Positions 28,786-44,799 of a stretch of 64,000 nucleotides of DNA are shown here, piece by piece. Under the pieces are notes generated by a model. It had not been told where the DNA came from and did not search any database. It saw only the letters and a list, made by a program, of their open reading frames with translations. The position numbers and the translations under genes are program-made. The DNA is from the human T2T-CHM13v2.0 reference genome, Homo sapiens: NCBI RefSeq assembly GCF_009914755.1, contig NC_060927.1. One strand, given 5' to 3'. Numbering within the stretch: the first letter of the stretch is position 1; each line of letters begins with the position of its first letter.

Positions 28786-30684
28786 GCGTCCTCATTCCCT
28801 GCTCTTACCACCAGGGCCACAATTATTATTCTTTAAATTAAGTCATTTTTAAAATTTAAATAAATGTGTTTTTGAATAAGACCCTGGACCACTATTGAAT
28901 ATAGAAATCCAGCATTATTAACATAGTTAGAAGACAAACATACAAATGAATCAATAGAAAATAAACAGTGCTGTATTCTAGCTACATAGGTATACCATTG
29001 CTTACTTGAAGGATCTGAGCCTGGAGCCAGTTTTCTTTGACGAAAAAACATGAAAAGATGAGCACTTGTTAACTAAGCATTGAAAATGGTGTAGCACCCA
29101 ACTGAGACTTTACTAGTCAGATTGAAAGGAAATTGGGAAGGAGAATGCCTTTCTCTCTATGTAGGGATGTAGCAATATTGTTTATTGCTCGTTCCCACCA
29201 GGATAGGCAACCCAAACTTCAGAAAACCTGGGCATAATGAAAAAACACTCACTAAACAGGGAACCCAATGTCCTCAATTCAAATCTCAGTTACCTGTGAC
29301 AACTTGGACACATCACTGAATCTAATCTCCCTCACACAGCTGTTGTGAAGGTCATACGATCTTCGTTGAAAACTGTAGGTGCTCCCTGGAAGTCAGTTGT
29401 CATTATTATTAACACTTCAAATGAAATAAGGAAACAATCCCATAAGTGGATAGAACAGAAACTTGTCCTGTCTATCCATTTTTTAGCTCCCTTCCAAGAC
29501 AAGTCCAAAGCTCTGCCCCCAGCTGAGCTGCCATCTTGCTATTTGCTTTCTGTGTTTCCTGATCCATAGTGTCATTCTAAAATTCTTGGAGGCTGAATTA
29601 GCAAAGTGATCCATTTACAGTGTGGATGAGAGTGACTCTCTGAACTGTCCAATTTCTAGTGTAGTCTCTCTGTATAAAAGTGTCAGCAACAGAAATAAAT
29701 AACAAAGCCATCAAGTAGCCAAAACAGACAATAAAGTCATTGGATTAAAATATTGGTTATATGTACTAATAGGTAGAAATTGAATATTTGTTTATTTTTT
29801 ATCAATATCCAGTGGAGTTGCTTGTGCCACTATTAGAAAGAGATGGAGACAGGTTTACCTGGTCTGAAATGCTAAATTTTCTGTCACCAAAGATGACTCC
29901 CTTTTCTATACCCCAGGGTGATCCCAGACACCAAGATTCATACTATTAATTACATTTAGAAAAAAATATATTTGCTAACAGCAACTTATGAAAAGTGAGG
30001 GCAACAAACTGAATGGAAACAAACCACCCAGCCAACATTAAACCAGGCTGCTTCCTTGATTGAGGAAGCTGTTTCTTGGTTCACTGAACAGATACTTAAA
30101 ACATATTGCAGAAACACATCCAGGTTTCCTGTCAAAGTTCTTTGGGTACCGATTGAGATGAATAGCTCAGAGTATATTTATGAACCATGTTATGAACTAT
30201 GGGCAAATAAATCTCTTAATACTCCTGGCCGCAGTTTCTTCATCTGTAGTATAAGGCCAGTGATGCCTCCTCTGACTATTTTTGGGGTTTTATGGGGACC
30301 ACATAGAACAAAAGTATGAGCACCTTTTGGAAGCACTGAAGCACATTTTGAAGGGCAGCCTCTTCACTCTATGGGAATAAATAACACATGAAAAGTGAGC
30401 AGAAAAGGTCTTCAAAGGCCTAATGTATGTATGATAACCTAGCAGTAAATGTTAAAAATGTGTCTTCCATATCCACACTATCTCTTTTAGACTGACAGGG
30501 ATCATATTTGTAAACAATTGGATTCTTGTTTGAACCATCAGAAGAAATCCACTTCTCAAGTGTGAGCCATTTACTTCTCCTGATACTACTCAGGCAGACC
30601 ATTACATAGCATTAAATAACACAAATGAGAAAGTTATCCCATATTCAATTTAACTGCAAGCCTTCTGCTTAGATCATGCTAGTA

Positions 30685-31263
30685 CAGTCATGTACCCCAT
30701 TATGGATGTTTTGGTCAGCAATGGATCACCAACAATATATGATGGTGGTCCCATTAGATTATAATGAAGCTGAAAAAGTCTTATCCCCTGGTGACATCAT
30801 AGCCATCATAATGTTATGGTAGCATAATCACTCTATTTTAAAAATTAATTTAGTGTAGTCTAATCATACAGAATTTATAAAGTCTACAGTAGTGCACAAT
30901 AATGTCTGTCCTAGGCCTTCACATTCAACTTCCAGTGCTGCAAGCTCCGTTCATGGTAACTGCCCTATCTAAGTGTACTATTTTTTATCCTTTATACTAT
31001 ATTTTTACTGTACCTTTTTTATGTGTAGATGTGTTTACATACACAAATACTTATCATCATCATGTTACAATTGCCTGCAGTAATCAGAACATTCACATGC
31101 TGTAGAGGTTTGTAGCCTGGGAGCATAAGCCATACCACATAGCCTAAGCATATGGTAGGCTAGACCATCTAGATTTGGGTAAGTGCACTCTATGATGTTC
31201 ACACAATGATGAAATCACCTTTTTTTCAGAACGTATCCCTGTCGGTTAAGTGACAGATGACGG
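30685..31263 (+). mobile_element. Tigger3-family (TcMar) non-autonomous DNA transposon
   Basis: Termini TA|cagtcatg...gatgacgg|TA with internal Tigger3 motifs (ggtggtcccattagattataat, ctatgatgttcacacaatgatgaaatcacc). Confidence 0.8.
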
Positions 31264-32103
31264 TATTTCATTAATACTCCTCTAACACATGTTAATCTCC
31301 CAGTATAAAAATTCTAGGCTCCAAAGCCTTGGACAACCATCTCCAGCTAGAATTTAAGATATTTTATTTTTACTGTATAGTATTTATGCTTGCAATTTTC
31401 TTCTATCAGTGAGAAGCTATATTGGTTTAACATTTATAGTACACATATAATTTCTAAGTAGTACATATAATTTCTAAGATAGCTATGTAAAAAGCATAAT
31501 TTGCTTTAAATGAAATATTAAGCAATAACACAGGAGATATGTGGACAAAATCAAAATTGTTTAGGTAGTACCAAACTGACTAAAATTTAGAGAACATCAC
31601 TTAAAGTTATTATTCACATAAAATATACCAAAAATCATCTTTCTCCCAAATTTTTGGAAAGCTTGTGATACGCTGTGGTAGACAAGCCAGCCATCAATTA
31701 TAAGGAAAGTATTTAAGCTGTCTATGCTTTAGTTTCCTCATAAGTAAAATGGGGATAATGTAGTACCTACGTCATAAGATGAATGATGTTGGTAAGCACT
31801 TAGCAGAGTGCTGGCGTATAGGAAGCACTCAGTAAATACGGACAGCAGCTACTGCTGCTGCTCCTAAAACAGCCACCAGTTCTGGAGAGCTTCTGATCTC
31901 CTCTCTGCCCTTCTACATCATGCTCTGTGCCAGGAGGGGACAGGCATGGGTCAAATCAATGGGCTCCCTGCCCTCTGGATACCAGCTGGGTTTGGCCAGT
32001 GGGGAGCCTCAGCAGGAGGTGGGACAATGTAGGGAAGTGGTGTCAGGTTATTTGTTCCCACATCTCACTTTCTGCAAGGTATCCTCAAACTCAGGTTTAT
32101 GCT

Positions 32104-32487
32104 TAATATGGTTTGGCTGTGTCCCCACCCAAAATCTCATCTTGAATTTTAATCCCCTAACTGCCATAATCCCCATGTGTCAAGGACAGGACCAGATGGA
32201 GGTAATTGGATCATGGCGGCAGTTTCTCCATGCTGTTCTCATGTTAATGAGTGAGTCTTATGAGATCTGATGGTTTTATAAGCAACTGGCATTTCCCCTG
32301 CTTTCACTTCTCCTTCCTACTGCCTTGTGAAGAAGATGCCTTGCTTCCCCTTCACCTTCTGCCATGATTGTAAGTTTCTTGAGGCCTCCCCAGCAATGCA
32401 GAACTCTGAGTCCATTTAACCTCTTTCCTTTATAAATCACCCAGTCTCTGGCAGTTCTTCATAGCAACATAAGAAAGGACTAATACA
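32104..32487 (+). mobile_element. THE1 (THE1C/D-like) solo LTR
   Basis: atatggtttggctgtgtccccacccaaaatctcatcttgaat...ggactaataca; flanks atgct/atgcc fit a 5-bp TSD with one mismatch. Confidence 0.88.
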
Positions 32488-32593
32488 ATGCCCAAAGCCA
32501 AAAAATACAGAAGTTCAGGCTTATATATTCTTCAGAATTTTTGACCTAGTCTCCCCATCACCATACTTTGCTTAGTTAAAGAAAACCTGCCAT

Positions 32594-32895
<302 letters not shown>

Positions 32896-32949
32896 GAAAA
32901 CCTGTTGTGAGGTTGCTGTCTGAAACCCTTTGATGTAAAAATTCTCAAT

Positions 32950-35900
32950 TCTTTTTTTAAACTTTTATTTTATGTTCAGAGGTACATGTGCAGATTCATC
33001 GTATAGGTAAATTGCATGTCACGGGGGCTTGGTGTACCAATTATTTCGTCATCTAGGTAACAGAACCCAAAAGGTAGTTTTTTGATCCTCACCTTCCTCC
33101 CACCCTCCACTCTCAAGTAGACCCTGGTTTCTGTTGTTCCCTTCCTTGTGTCCACGTGTACTTTAATTTTTAGCTCCCACTTTTAAGTGAGAACATGCAG
33201 TACTTGGTTTTCTGTTCCTGTGTTAGTTTGCTTAGGATTATGGTCTCCAGCTCCATCTATGTTGCTACAAAGGACATGATCTCATTCTTTTTTTATGGCT
33301 GTATAGTATTCTGTCCTGTATATGTACCACATTTTCTTTAGCTAGTGTAGGTTGATTCCATGTCTTTGCTATTGTGAATAGTGTGGCAGTAAACATACAC
33401 ATACATGTGTCCTTATGGTAGAGTGATTTATACTCCTTTGGGTATATACCCAATAATGAGATTGCTGGGTTGAATGGTAGTTCTGTTTTTAGCTCTTTGA
33501 GGAATCACCACACTGCTTTCCACAATGGTTGAACTAGTTTACGCTCCTACCAACAGTGTATTAGCATTCCTTTTTCTCTGCAACCTTGCCAGCATCTGTT
33601 TTTTTGTTTTGTTTTGTTTTTACTTTTTAATAATAGCCATTCTGACCAGTGTGAGATGGTATCTCTTTGTGGTTTTGATTTGCATTTCTCTAATGATTAG
33701 TGATGTTGGGCACTTTTTCATATGCTTCTTGGCCATATGTATGTCTTCTTTTGAAAGCGTCTGTTCATGTCCTTTGCCCACTTTTTAACGGGGTTCTTTG
33801 TTTTTTGATTGTTGATTTGTTTAAGTTCCTTATAGATGCTGGATATTAGACTTTTGACAGATGCACAGTCTGCAAATATTTTCTCCCATTTTGTAAGTTT
33901 TCTGTTTACTCTGTTGATAGTTTCTTCTGCTGTCCAAAAAAAGCTCTTTAGTTTAACTAGTTCCCATTTGTCAGTTTTTGTTTTTATCACAATTGCTTTT
34001 GGTGTTTTCATCATGAAATCTCTGCCAGCTCTTATGTCCAGGATGCATTTCCTAGGTTATCTTCTAGGGTTTTTATAGTTTTGGGTTTAAATTTAAGTCT
34101 TTAATCCATCTTGAGTTGTTTTTGTATATGGTGTAAGAAAAGGGTCCAGTTTTAATCTTCTGCATAGGGCTAGCCAGTTATCCTAGCACCATTTATTGAA
34201 GAGGGAGTTCTTTCCTCATTCCTTGCTTTTCACAATTTTGTCAAAGATCAGATGGTTGTAGGTGTGTGAAATTATTTCTAGGCTTTCTATTCTGTTCCAT
34301 TGGTTTATGTGTCTGTTTTTATAACAGTACCATGTTGTTTTGGTTACTGTAGCCTTATAGTATAGCTTGAAGTTGGGTAAAGTAATACCTCCAGCTTTGT
34401 TCTTTTTGGTTAGAATTGCCTTGGTCATTCAGGCTCATTTTTTCCATATTAATTTTAAAATAGTTTTGTTTTAATCTTGTAAAGAATGTCATTGATAGTT
34501 TGATAGGAATAGCATTGAATCTATAAATTGCTTTGGGCAGTATTGCTATTTTAACAATATGGATTCTTCCTCTCCATGAGCATGGAATGTTTTTCCATTT
34601 GTTTGTGTCATCTCTGATTTATTTCAGCAGTGTTTTGTAATTCTCATTGTAGAGATTTTTCATCTCCCTGATTTGCTGTATTCCTAAGTATTTTATTCTT
34701 TTTGTGATTATTGTGAGTGAGCTTGTGTTCTTGGTTTGACTTTCAGCCTGGATGTTATTGGTGTATGGAAATGCTACTGATATTTGTACACTGATTTTGT
34801 ATCCTAAAACTTTGCCGAAGTTGTCTGTCAGATAAAGGAGCTTCTGGGCAGAGACTATGAGATTTTCCAGGTACAGAATCATATCATCTGCAAAGGGGAT
34901 AGTTTGACTTCCTCTCTTCCTATTTGGATGCCTTTCATTTCTTTCTCTTGCCTGATTGCTCCGGCTAGGACTTCCCACACAATGTTGAATAGGAGTGGTT
35001 AGAGAGGGCATTCCTGTCTTGTTCTGGTTTTCAAGGGGAATACTTCTAGCTTTTGTATATTCAGTATGATGTTGGCTGTGGGTTTGTCATAGATAGCTCT
35101 TATTACTTTGAAGTATGTTTCTTCAATGCCTAGTTTGTTGAGGGTTCTTAACATGAAGGGAAGTTGAATTTTATTGGAAGCATTTTCTGCATCTAATGAG
35201 ATGATCATGTGGTTTTTATTTTTAGTTCTGTTAATTTGGTAAATCACATTTATTGATTTGTGTATGTAGCACCAACCTTGCATCCCAGGGATAAAGCCTG
35301 CTTGATCATGGTGAATTAGCTTTTTGATGTGCTGCTGGATTCAGTTTGCTAGTATTTTGTTGAGGATTTTTACATCTATGTTCATCAAGGATATTGGCCT
35401 GATGAACAGTGTTTTCTTTTTTAATTGTGTCTCTGCCTGGTTTTGTTATCAGGATGATGTTGGCCTCATAGGATGAGCTGGGAAATAGTCCTTCCTCCTC
35501 AATTTTTTGAAATAGTTTTGGTAGGAATGGTCCCAATTCTTTATACATCTGGTAGAGTTTGGCTGTGATTCCATCTGGTCCTGGGCTTTTACTGATTGGC
35601 AGGCCTTTTATTACTGAGTCAATTTCAGAAGTCATTATTAGTCTGTTCAGGGATTCATCTTCCTCCTGGTTCAATCTTGGGAAATTTCCAGGAATTTGTC
35701 CATGTCTTCTAGGTTTTCTAGTTTGTGCGTATAGAGGTTTTCATAGTAGTTTCTGAGTAGTTTCTCCACTCCATCTTTGTGGAGTCAGTGGTAATATCCC
35801 CTTTGTCATTTCTGATTGTGTTTATTTGGAACTTCTATTTTGTTCTTTACAAGTCTAGCTACCAGTCTATCTGTCTTATTAATTCTTTCAAAAAACCAAC

Positions 35901-36345
35901 TTTAAGATTCATTGATCTTTTGTATGGTTTTTCACATCCCATTTCCTTCAGTTCAGCTCTGGTTTGGATTATTTCTTATCTTCTGCTGGCTTGGAGATGG
36001 TTTGCTCTTGTTTCCTTAGTTCCTCTAGTTGTGATATTAGGTTGTTAATTTGAGATCTTTGTAACTTTTTGATGTGGGTGTTTAGTGCTATAAACTTCCC
36101 TCTTAACACTGCTTTCGCTGTGTCCCAGAGATTCTGGTATGTTGTGTCTTTGTTCTAATCTTTGAATAATTTATTGATGTCTGCCTAGATTCCATTATTT
36201 ACCTAGAAGTTATCCAGGAGCAGGCTGTTTAATTTCCATCCAATTGTATTATTTTGAGTGATTTTCTTAGCACTGATTTCTATTTTTATTGCTCTGTGGT
36301 ACATGAACATTGTTGATATGATTTTCAAAAATTTACTGAGGATGG
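32950..36345 (-). mobile_element. Older 5'-truncated L1 (L1PA15/16-like), ~3.4 kb, decayed ORF2
   Basis: Several minus-strand ORF fragments match L1 ORF2 ([24 protein letters not shown]); 3' UTR near 32950-33250. Confidence 0.92.
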
Positions 36346-38021
36346 TAAAAATTTCAATTTTAATTACATTATTATTTGATCTAATTAAAATCTTGTTGCT
36401 GTTGTAAGGGCAAATTTTGCCATGTGAAGTTTTGTTTGGGAAAACCATTGGCCAGTGCCTTGATTATTTGCTCTAATTATAAAATGAGTTTTTACATACA
36501 TAAGCTTATGTAAAAGAAATCTCTAATTCTACCATTGCCACTTGATATATTCTTATGTAATGTTATATACATCAATATATTTTTTAACAAAATTGCGATC
36601 ATTTTATATATTCCTTCATTCATTCTTTCACTCAACAAATGTTGATGGCACCTCTCTGCCAAGAACCAGAAATGAGCTAGGTAGTCAAAATGCTTGCATC
36701 CATGGAACTGACATCTTATGGGAAGAAGTAGGCAAATAAACTGTTCCAAATTGTGAAAAGTGCTGAGCAAAAAAGAATAAGGGGATAGAGAGAAAGGTGT
36801 ACATTTTAATTGCAGGGCTCAGGAAAGACTATCTGGGGAGGGGACCATTAATGAGGACCAATTAAGGTGATAAAGCAGGTCATATGGCTATAAAGGATAA
36901 GAAAGGAATTCTGGGCCAAGGGAATAGCAAGTGTGAAGTCCCCAAGACAGGAATTTGCCCTTCTACACGATGGCCCTAAGGGATAGGAAAGGAATTCTGG
37001 ACAGAGGGAACAGCAAGTGCAAAGGCCCTGGCCTGTGTGCAAAGGTTTCCACACTGCTATTTCTACTTCAGTCTATCAGAAACATTTCCTCTTACAGCCA
37101 TTCATTTCAGAAATATTTATTGAGCAGCTGCTATGCGTCAGGCACCATTCTTTGTGATGGGCAGGCAGTAATGAACATCATAGGCAAAAATCTGCCCACA
37201 AGATACAAGCAAGTAAATATATAATGTACCAGTTGGTGAACATGAAACTGAGAAAAATGAAACTGGAAAAGGAACATAGGGAATTTAACATAGGATGCTA
37301 TTTATATGTGGTGGGCAAGAAAGCATCATGATACAATGAAATTTGAGCATTGATTTGAAGAAAGAAAGAAGAAGGAGCCATGTGGGTCCCAAGAGATGGG
37401 AGTGCCCAGGTTAAAGCTTTAAGCTACACATGCTCTTGGTGAGTCTGAGCAGCAGACAGAGGGCCTATGCCGCTGGAGTGATCACAGGTCCCTGCTATGG
37501 GGCATGTATGTTCCCGCTCCATAGCCTTATATGATTTGTATTATTGTTGTTGCTGTCATTATTGCTTTTATTCGTGATATAAAAGTTTACATTTATTTGT
37601 CACTCACTATTTACCAGGCATTGTGCTAAACATTTGATTTATACTAACTTATTTTATCCTCACTATCATCCTACAAGAGGGTTACTGTTATTATTTCAAC
37701 TTACAGAGAGGTAAACTGAGGCCTCAAGTAGTCTAGCAAATGGACACACGGGTAACAGGTAGTAAGTGTCAAAGTAAGGACTAAAACCCAGGTCTGCCTA
37801 ATGACAAAGTCTGAACTTTTAACTCAGATAAGAGAAACTTAGTTATATTACTGATGCCTCTTTACAAAATGGCACTAAGGGATAAAAGGTTGAACCAGCT
37901 TCTTAAAATACCATGTTTATTCTGAAGATATAGATCCTTGACTTCAATCAGAAGCTTGTTTATGGAAAAGGACTTCTTACTATTTTTTATATTTAAATTA
38001 AGCAGGACCTCAAATCCTTTC

Positions 38022-38312
38022 TTTTTTTTTTTTTTTTTTTTTTAGCAATGAGATCTCATCCTGTTGCCCAGGCTGAACTGGCTGGAGTGCAGTGATGCAA
38101 TCATAGCTCACTGCAACTTCAAACTCCTGGGATCAGGCGATCTCCCACCTCAGGCTCACAGGTTGATAGGACTACAGTCATGCCCCACCATGTCCAGCTA
38201 AATTTTTAATTTTCTGTAGTGATGAAGTCTCACTGTGTTGCCTAGGCTGGTCTTGAACTCCTGGGTTCAAACAATCATCCTGCCTTGGCCTCCCAAAATG
38301 CTGGGATTATAG
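38022..38312 (-). mobile_element. AluJ element
   Basis: T-tail, gcaatcatagctcactgca, aactcctggg; diverged. Confidence 0.9.
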
Positions 38313-40728
38313 TCAAAACCAACTTAAAAAAACTTTTTAGTGTCTTCATTTTAAATAGGAAGATCAGTATTCCATAAGGCAGATGGCCAGGCTTAGAATC
38401 CTTGCTCCTCCACTTATTCATTCATGACTTCAACCAATTTGTTTAACCTTTGGTGTCTCCATTTCCTCAACTGTAAAATGGGGTCAGGATTGGTATCTAT
38501 TTCATGGTGCAGTTGTCAGGATTAAATGAGTCAAAACATATAAACTTGGAATAATACTTGACACATCATAAGCACTCAATAAATGTTACATATGAATATT
38601 ATTATTTGAACAAAGAAATCTAACAGTTTTCTCCAATTTCCAATTGAAAGGTCTTCACATGACTATTCTTTTTTAAGTGTTTCCCCATTCTATGGGCCTT
38701 TCTACAAGTCTATTTCTAATTATGATGAATATAAATAATGAAAACCATCATACTATAGGTAATGCTTTAAGGTAACTGTGGGCCCTAACAAATATGTACT
38801 GTCAAGAGAACAGAGCCCATATTTTGCATTTTTTAATCCTCTGTAAGACCTTCCTCAATACTCAGCACATTACTCAAAAATTACTATTTGAATAAAAGCA
38901 TGAATGAATGAAGGTACCAGATTGAACATGAACAGAAAGTCATGATTTGACACAGTCAGTCTGGCTTATTTATTTGTAACTATTCCTCCAATTTCAAATT
39001 CAGACCCAAACACTTGAGTTTCTTTATTCCAAATGTTTGTATTACTGTTGAAACAGCTGTAGATATTGTATTTGTTTGCTTGTTTATACCTCTACCTCAT
39101 CTCAGAAAGGCTCATAAGGACATTTAAAAACCAAGGTGTAATTGAATGAAAATGAAAAGTAAAAAGAAGAAAGGGAATATAAAACAAAACAAAGAATCAG
39201 GTTAAAATACCCATGCCATCAAAACCCTATGAATGGGTCACACATTGGCCCTTAGTTTTCTAGAGCCAACATGAAAAAAGGTAAACTGGTCAGTTACGTA
39301 ATTCACAACAGCCACTGGATGGAGTGACTTGCAGAAGATTCAGCTACTCTTAGTAGTGAGACCCTCCAGAACATTCTCCACAAAGATCACACCTAACAAA
39401 TGTCTGGCACCACAGCATCTATAGAGTGTAAAAGTTCCCTCAGTGTAGATCATGGGATCGTGATGAAAAGTAATTCAGCCACACCATGAGAGCAAGATAC
39501 AGAGCAAGTCAGATGCACTATGCCCTCGGGCAGGAAAGAAACACATGCCAAATTTTCTACTTGAGGAGGTTATTATTAAGAACAAAAGGGCAAACTGTTT
39601 CTGTTGGCATATCAAATATACTTTTTTTCTTTCCTGGTCGGCATTTTTATTATTTTAGGTAAGCAGCATGTAACATTTTTACAATAGTCAAACATATATA
39701 TAGTCAATCTGAATTTTTTTAATACTATGTTCTAATAGTCTAAATCTTAGACAGTCTCTCCTGCCTGCCACCCCACCCGAGTCATGAGGGAGGATGAGAG
39801 ACGTAGCCCTCATCATCAGAAGTTTGGAGATGGTCTCTACAATACTCATCCTGTTACATCCTAGAAATTTCGTTTGATATGGATAAAAGCTTCTTTCCCC
39901 TGCGAACAGCAGATGATTTTCAGGGTCAGACAGACCTAGATTTGAATTCTGGCTCTGCAACTTTCTATGTGTTACCTTTTATCTGTGAGTTTCAGTTTTC
40001 TCCTCTTTAAAATGGGCATAAGAATACTGTCTAATATGATTATTGTAAGAATAATTTTATACAAAACCTCTCACCCATAGCAGGCACTCAAAAACATTAC
40101 AGCTCTTATTGTCTTCCACATAACATAGTTCCACATTGGTTAACATATTGGTTAACCAATAACATATAGATAACACATTGGTTTGTTAAGTGAACAAACG
40201 AATGAATGAATGAATGAATGAGTGAACATTGCCATCAAAGAATCTTAAACCATTAGCAGATCTGTCTAAAGGTTTGGAATCATGACAGCTTGGTGGTTAA
40301 GAACTTGGACTCAATATTCAGGTTGCCTGGGTTTGAATCCTGATGCCATCATGAATTATCTGTGAAATCTCAGACAAGCTATTCAACCATTCTCTATGTT
40401 AGTTTGACATCTGCAAATAGGATGATGTACCATTCCTTACAGGGATGTTGTAGGAACAATTAGGTGTGGGTTATAAAGTCCTTAGCATCATTCCTGGGAT
40501 ATAGTAAGCATTTAATAAATATTACTATTATTATTTATTTTATAGAAAGATAAATATAATATCATAAGGCTTTCTTTTATTTGTTTTTCTAAATGTTTTC
40601 CTTGTTTCCAGTGCTATGGGATCTTAAAATTTTCCAAAAGGCAAACCAAATAGTTATATAAACAAATCAACTTGTTTCTAGAACTCACATTTTCTTTTAC
40701 CATTTTCTATTCTGATTTGTTTCTGTAG

Positions 40729-40974
<246 letters not shown>

Positions 40975-41228
40975 TAATAAGAAAAACATCTCAGAAGTCA
41001 TCTTGAAAATTGTTGCCTACAAAACTAGGCCAATCAAAAGGTGAGATACTTCACCTCAGGTACAGGATGATCACTTGGCCCTCAGGTTTCTTATTGTCAG
41101 AATCCATCATTTGTAATGTTGCCGATTAAGGAGTTTTTCTTAAGAACCCCGCAGGTATTGGCAGCTGCTGCTTAGGTGACAGTCCAGTTGAAACTCTAAG
41201 CCAGAAGCAAATATAAAATCTGAACTTT

Positions 41229-41540
<312 letters not shown>

Positions 41541-42584
41541 TTAAGGTTGAAGTCAGACAAAAGTTAAAAGGAATATTTGAGGGCATACAAGTTCCTGGGG
41601 AGAAAACACTGTTCAAGCCACATGTAGCTGGAATACACCCAACTGATTAGAGAAAAATACACAGACCTAGTAGGGTGAAAAAATAAATTCAGAATGTAAA
41701 AAAGTACTTATAATAGCTATGGTAATTTTTGAATTTTCTCCATGCTTCCGGTTTAGTTACTTTATAACTTCGGAAAAGCTGCACTGTATTAGTTGAACAA
41801 AGTCAAATGTTATCATCAAGAGTTATGGCTCTTACAAGAAAAGAGAAAATCTGACAGTTAGCAGGGACACTAAATTGGATTTTTAATTTATAAGTGTAAG
41901 AATTTGTTATTATTCCAAAGAAAGAAGCTGTATCTGAGAAATACATAAGCTATAATGGCAGCAAAAAGCAGCGGTTATCGAAGAATAGAAGGCTCAGCAG
42001 TGTTTGCTGAAAGAACATTCTTTAGCACATCCTAGAAATAATTATCTTTGCTTCAAGATTAACCTGTGTTTCTACAGCTTTCTGAAATTCAATCTGCGAA
42101 GGCACTTAAGAAGAGAGAAAGGGTTGCTACTCTGACTGGACTGTGATTTCTGCTTTGGTGAGATAGTAACCATGAAAATAAGCTCTGCATTAGGGTCTCA
42201 CAATAATTTTTATTCATTGCTGACCACACTTGTAAATGAACACTTTGAGGTATACGTTACCATATTTACTTATACTTCTGTAGTTTGTTTATAGACAGTA
42301 TTTAATGAAAGCTATTAAAACCCTGATCTCAAAATCTAACAGGACAAAAATAAAATTGCTTGATATGTTTGTTAGTTTAATAACTAATCTCCCAATAAAT
42401 TATGACGTTCTGCATGGTTCTTCTAATTCCACTTCTGATATATCTAATAATTTTTAGACTAAAAGATGGAAATTATGAATGAAAAACAATGTGATGTGTC
42501 TCCTAAAACCAAAATAAAGAATGAATTGAAACCAAATAATGTGATGTGTGTGAAAGGACAGGTCCAGTGGTGCTGTAGTGATGT

Positions 42585-43590
42585 ATCCATATCAGTTAAC
42601 AGTCTTCTAGTTCCTAGTGACAGAAAACTCAATTCAAACTGGCTAAGGCAAACCAATCCTCATATCCCTAAAATCTGTTTTTGCAGTCCACTTCTGGTAC
42701 CAATGTTTGTATGCATTAGAATAATCAAAGCTGATTTTAACTACAACAGGAAAAAAGTATTTGGAAGGATATTAAGTCGCTCATACAACTTGATGAAACC
42801 TGAAGAAACAGGTTCTAGAAAGAGCAGAATCTAGAGCAGAATGAGAGTTCTAGATGTTCAGTACCAAATAATTGTTTCTTAGAGTTGCCATTAGTGGAAA
42901 GTTTTACCTAACCTTGCATTGCTCTGCTCAAAATGCAAAGTTCCAGGAGAGAGCTCAAGCCATTTGACCGAAACTTGGCTCTGCAAAGAAAATCAGATTT
43001 CTATTACCAAAAGCAGGGGAAAGGACATTAATGAACCAAAACACAATATTTTTATTACAAATTGTTTGGCTTCAAATCATACTGAGCTAGCTTATGCAAA
43101 AACTGAAAATAGTTGGAAAGACATTAAAAGTGTGTCTTCCCAGGGCAAAACCCAACAGCCAAGAACTGGAAGGCTGCCAGGAAGCTGGACAGTTCTCATC
43201 CTCCATCTCTCATCTCTCTTTCTTTCTGTGTCCCTGTCCCTTTCTGCATGTTTGTTACATTATTCTCTCTTTTCAGGTGAAACTTTATTTCTTTTTTTTC
43301 ATCCACACAGCAGAAGATAGCCACTCTGCAGTTTCTAAGTTTATATGTATTTTTTAAAGACTGAACGGCTTGGACTGAATGAAAATCACTCAGGTCCAGT
43401 TGCAAATTTCTGGTAGAGAGAATCTCTTTTGCCCACCTTAGGCCAGATGCCCACCTCAGTCTCATCAGTTATGAATAGAGGGTTTGGAGGATGATGTAGT
43501 AGAAACGTGACTCAGAGAACACACTTTACTGGGCAAACATAGGTTTTGGAGTAGGAGGCATACCCATACCACAATAAATGACCTCTACAA
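42585..43590 (-). mobile_element. Cluster of old MLT1 (J/K/L-like) LTR fragments
   Basis: agtgacagaaaactcaattcaaactggctaagg and similar terminus-like motifs recurring near 42600, 42720 and 43060. Confidence 0.45.
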
Positions 43591-44474
43591 GTAAATGAGT
43601 CAGGAAATAATAGTCATATTCTCTACCTTGGTAACAAATTTACTATCTTCAAAGCACTTTTTGGCACCTATAATTTTACAGTAACACTAAAATGTAGGTA
43701 AGATATCCAGATACTACAAATACTGGGAGCTAAGGTAAACTCTCTAATCCTTAGTTTTATCATCTGTAAAGTGGGGATAATTGTACAACAGACCTCAATA
43801 CTGTTGAAACAATTCAGTGAGATAATCTATAAAAAAAATACTTAGCATCATGCCCAGCTTATGGCAAATGGTCAATACATGTCAACTGAAAATGGCTACT
43901 AAAATACGGTCATTCCCAAATGTCATACAGTGTTAGAGCCTAAATACAGAAGGAAGAAATAATGTTTTTAGTCTCTCAATTTCTTTCAAAGTTTCACTGA
44001 GCACAAATAGTTTGGCCATAATTTCAACTTCTGCTTCTCCAGCTTCACTCCAGACAAATCTTAGTACATCTTTTTAGACGATCTAGATCTTGTCTCCCCA
44101 TTGTTTGCATGTTATGTACAGTCTCTTTCAATCTCTCTTTCTGTTGTCCCCAAGTCTGAGCTTGAATCACATTCTTACCCCAATTTCAGTTCCAACAAAA
44201 TAGCAAAAAAGAGTTCAAGGGCCCAAGTGACCCTAAAATGTGCCAGCCAAGAGATCTGTGATGCTAGAGTAAAAAATCAGTACTCCTTAAATATGCCCAT
44301 TGAAATGCCTTGTTTACGTTCTTACTTTTAAGTAGCATTTCCTTGATGTCTAAGTTTTTCTTTTTTAAAATCCAAATAGTAACAGGGAAAAGAGAAAGAT
44401 CAATAGATAGGAAATAGCTAAAATTACATCCCTGGACAGAGCCATGACTGAAAAGATCCCTTGATAATTTTTCC

Positions 44475-44799
44475 TCCCCTCCCCCACCCTCCCCTCCACT
44501 CCCCTCCTCTCCTCTCCTCTCTTCTCTTCTCCTCTCTTCTCCTCTCCTTTTCTGTTTTCCTTTCCTTTTGTTTCCTTTTTTCTTTTTTTTTTTGAGACAG
44601 GGTTTTGCTCTGTCACCCAGGTGGGAGGTGCAGTGGTGCAATCATAGCTCACTATAACCTGGAACTCTTGGGCTCAAGGGATACTGCTGCCTCAGCCTTC
44701 CAAGTACCCCTTCTGAGTACCTGGGACTACAGGCATGTGCTGCCATGCTCAGCTAATTTTTTTTTTTTAAGAGACAAGGTCTTGCTATGTTGCCCAGGC
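44475..44799 (-). mobile_element. Partial AluJ with a CT-rich expanded tail
   Basis: tttgagacagggtttt...atcatagctcact...ctgggactacaggcatg, preceded by (CTCTT)-type repeats. Confidence 0.85.

Noticed and set aside
36890-37035. Diverged ~50-bp repeat pair (ggata.gaaaggaattctgg...gcaagtg)
   Set aside because: An old internal duplication within an L2-like fragment, with no sign of function.
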